Source of the DNA: Glaucostegus cemiculus
Taxonomy: Eukaryota
DNA: 64,000 nucleotides
Assembly: GCA_976551045.1 (NCBI GenBank)
Contig: CDPCPM010000043.1
Coordinates: 1,178,001-1,242,000, forward strand
Direction of reading: 5' to 3'
Shown: piece by piece, positions 63,561 to 64,000 of the stretch
How positions within the stretch are numbered: position 1 is the stretch's first letter
Layout of the letters: every line of letters starts with the position of its first letter
Program-made: the position numbers and the translations under genes
The notes under the pieces: generated by a model
Told to the model about the DNA's origin: nothing
The model's database searches: none
The model's input: the letters and a program-made list of their open reading frames with translations, nothing else

Positions 63561-64000
63561 ACTGAAGCCCTCCCTGTACAATTTTAAGATTGGCATTAAC
63601 AGCTTAATAACTATATAAATCAAATACAAGAGGAACTACAGAGAAACAAATACACACCCTGATGTACAAGTGTGTTATTGTGCATTTTACAGATATCCAG
63701 TTGATTATTATTGGGTACCAGAATCATATTTATGTCACTGAATTTAATATAAATCTCCATCAATTTTAGCCCATTCTAGTATTTCTTCCACTCAAATTTA
63801 CAATTATGCAAACGTGATATGTTACATTGTGTATCATCATAACGATTTTCAGCTCTTGATTATGGATAGCATTCAAAGGGTTTTTTTAGTGCCAATGCTT
63901 TCACCCATTTAGCCTCGTTTCTAACATGTCAACAGAAAGGAATCTTGGTTGCCAGCACAGAAGCAAAGGTTAACAAAGGTTAGAAGATTAAGAAGTCAGT

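Noticed and set aside
1-64000. Prokaryotic-type systems (CRISPR arrays, operons, defence islands)
   Set aside because: The sequence is eukaryotic and intron-like, with no repeat-spacer arrays or gene-dense blocks.

Overview
AT-rich, repeat-dense vertebrate genomic DNA. The repeat set (HE1/V-SINE-type SINEs, CR1 LINEs with CATAGAA tails, Rex1-type LINEs, Penelope-like elements, Harbinger relics) points to a cartilaginous fish, probably a ray-like batoid (inference). The only host coding exon I can support is at 55926-56064 (+). It carries the start codon and signal peptide of a class-3 semaphorin, most like SEMA3C (MAKLFLLMVLGIFLEYNKVFGLQQTLPRVYLTSK, phase-1 donor), so the window is upstream or 5'-intronic sequence of that gene. 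Nearly all other ORFs in the track are transposon remnants or spurious. Main observations: (1) dispersed Penelope terminal repeats with decayed minimal type-I hammerhead ribozyme motifs; (2) three separate retroelement insertions at the predicted cleavage site of that motif; (3) a tRNA-Lys pseudogene between two inverted hammerhead-type arms; (4) an isolated 28S rRNA fragment; (5) a solo LTR; (6) an L1/Tx1 insertion with a 17-bp TSD; (7) a ~1 kb inverted-repeat-bounded element. All family assignments are from memory of consensus motifs, not database searches. I found no well-supported novel protein-coding system.
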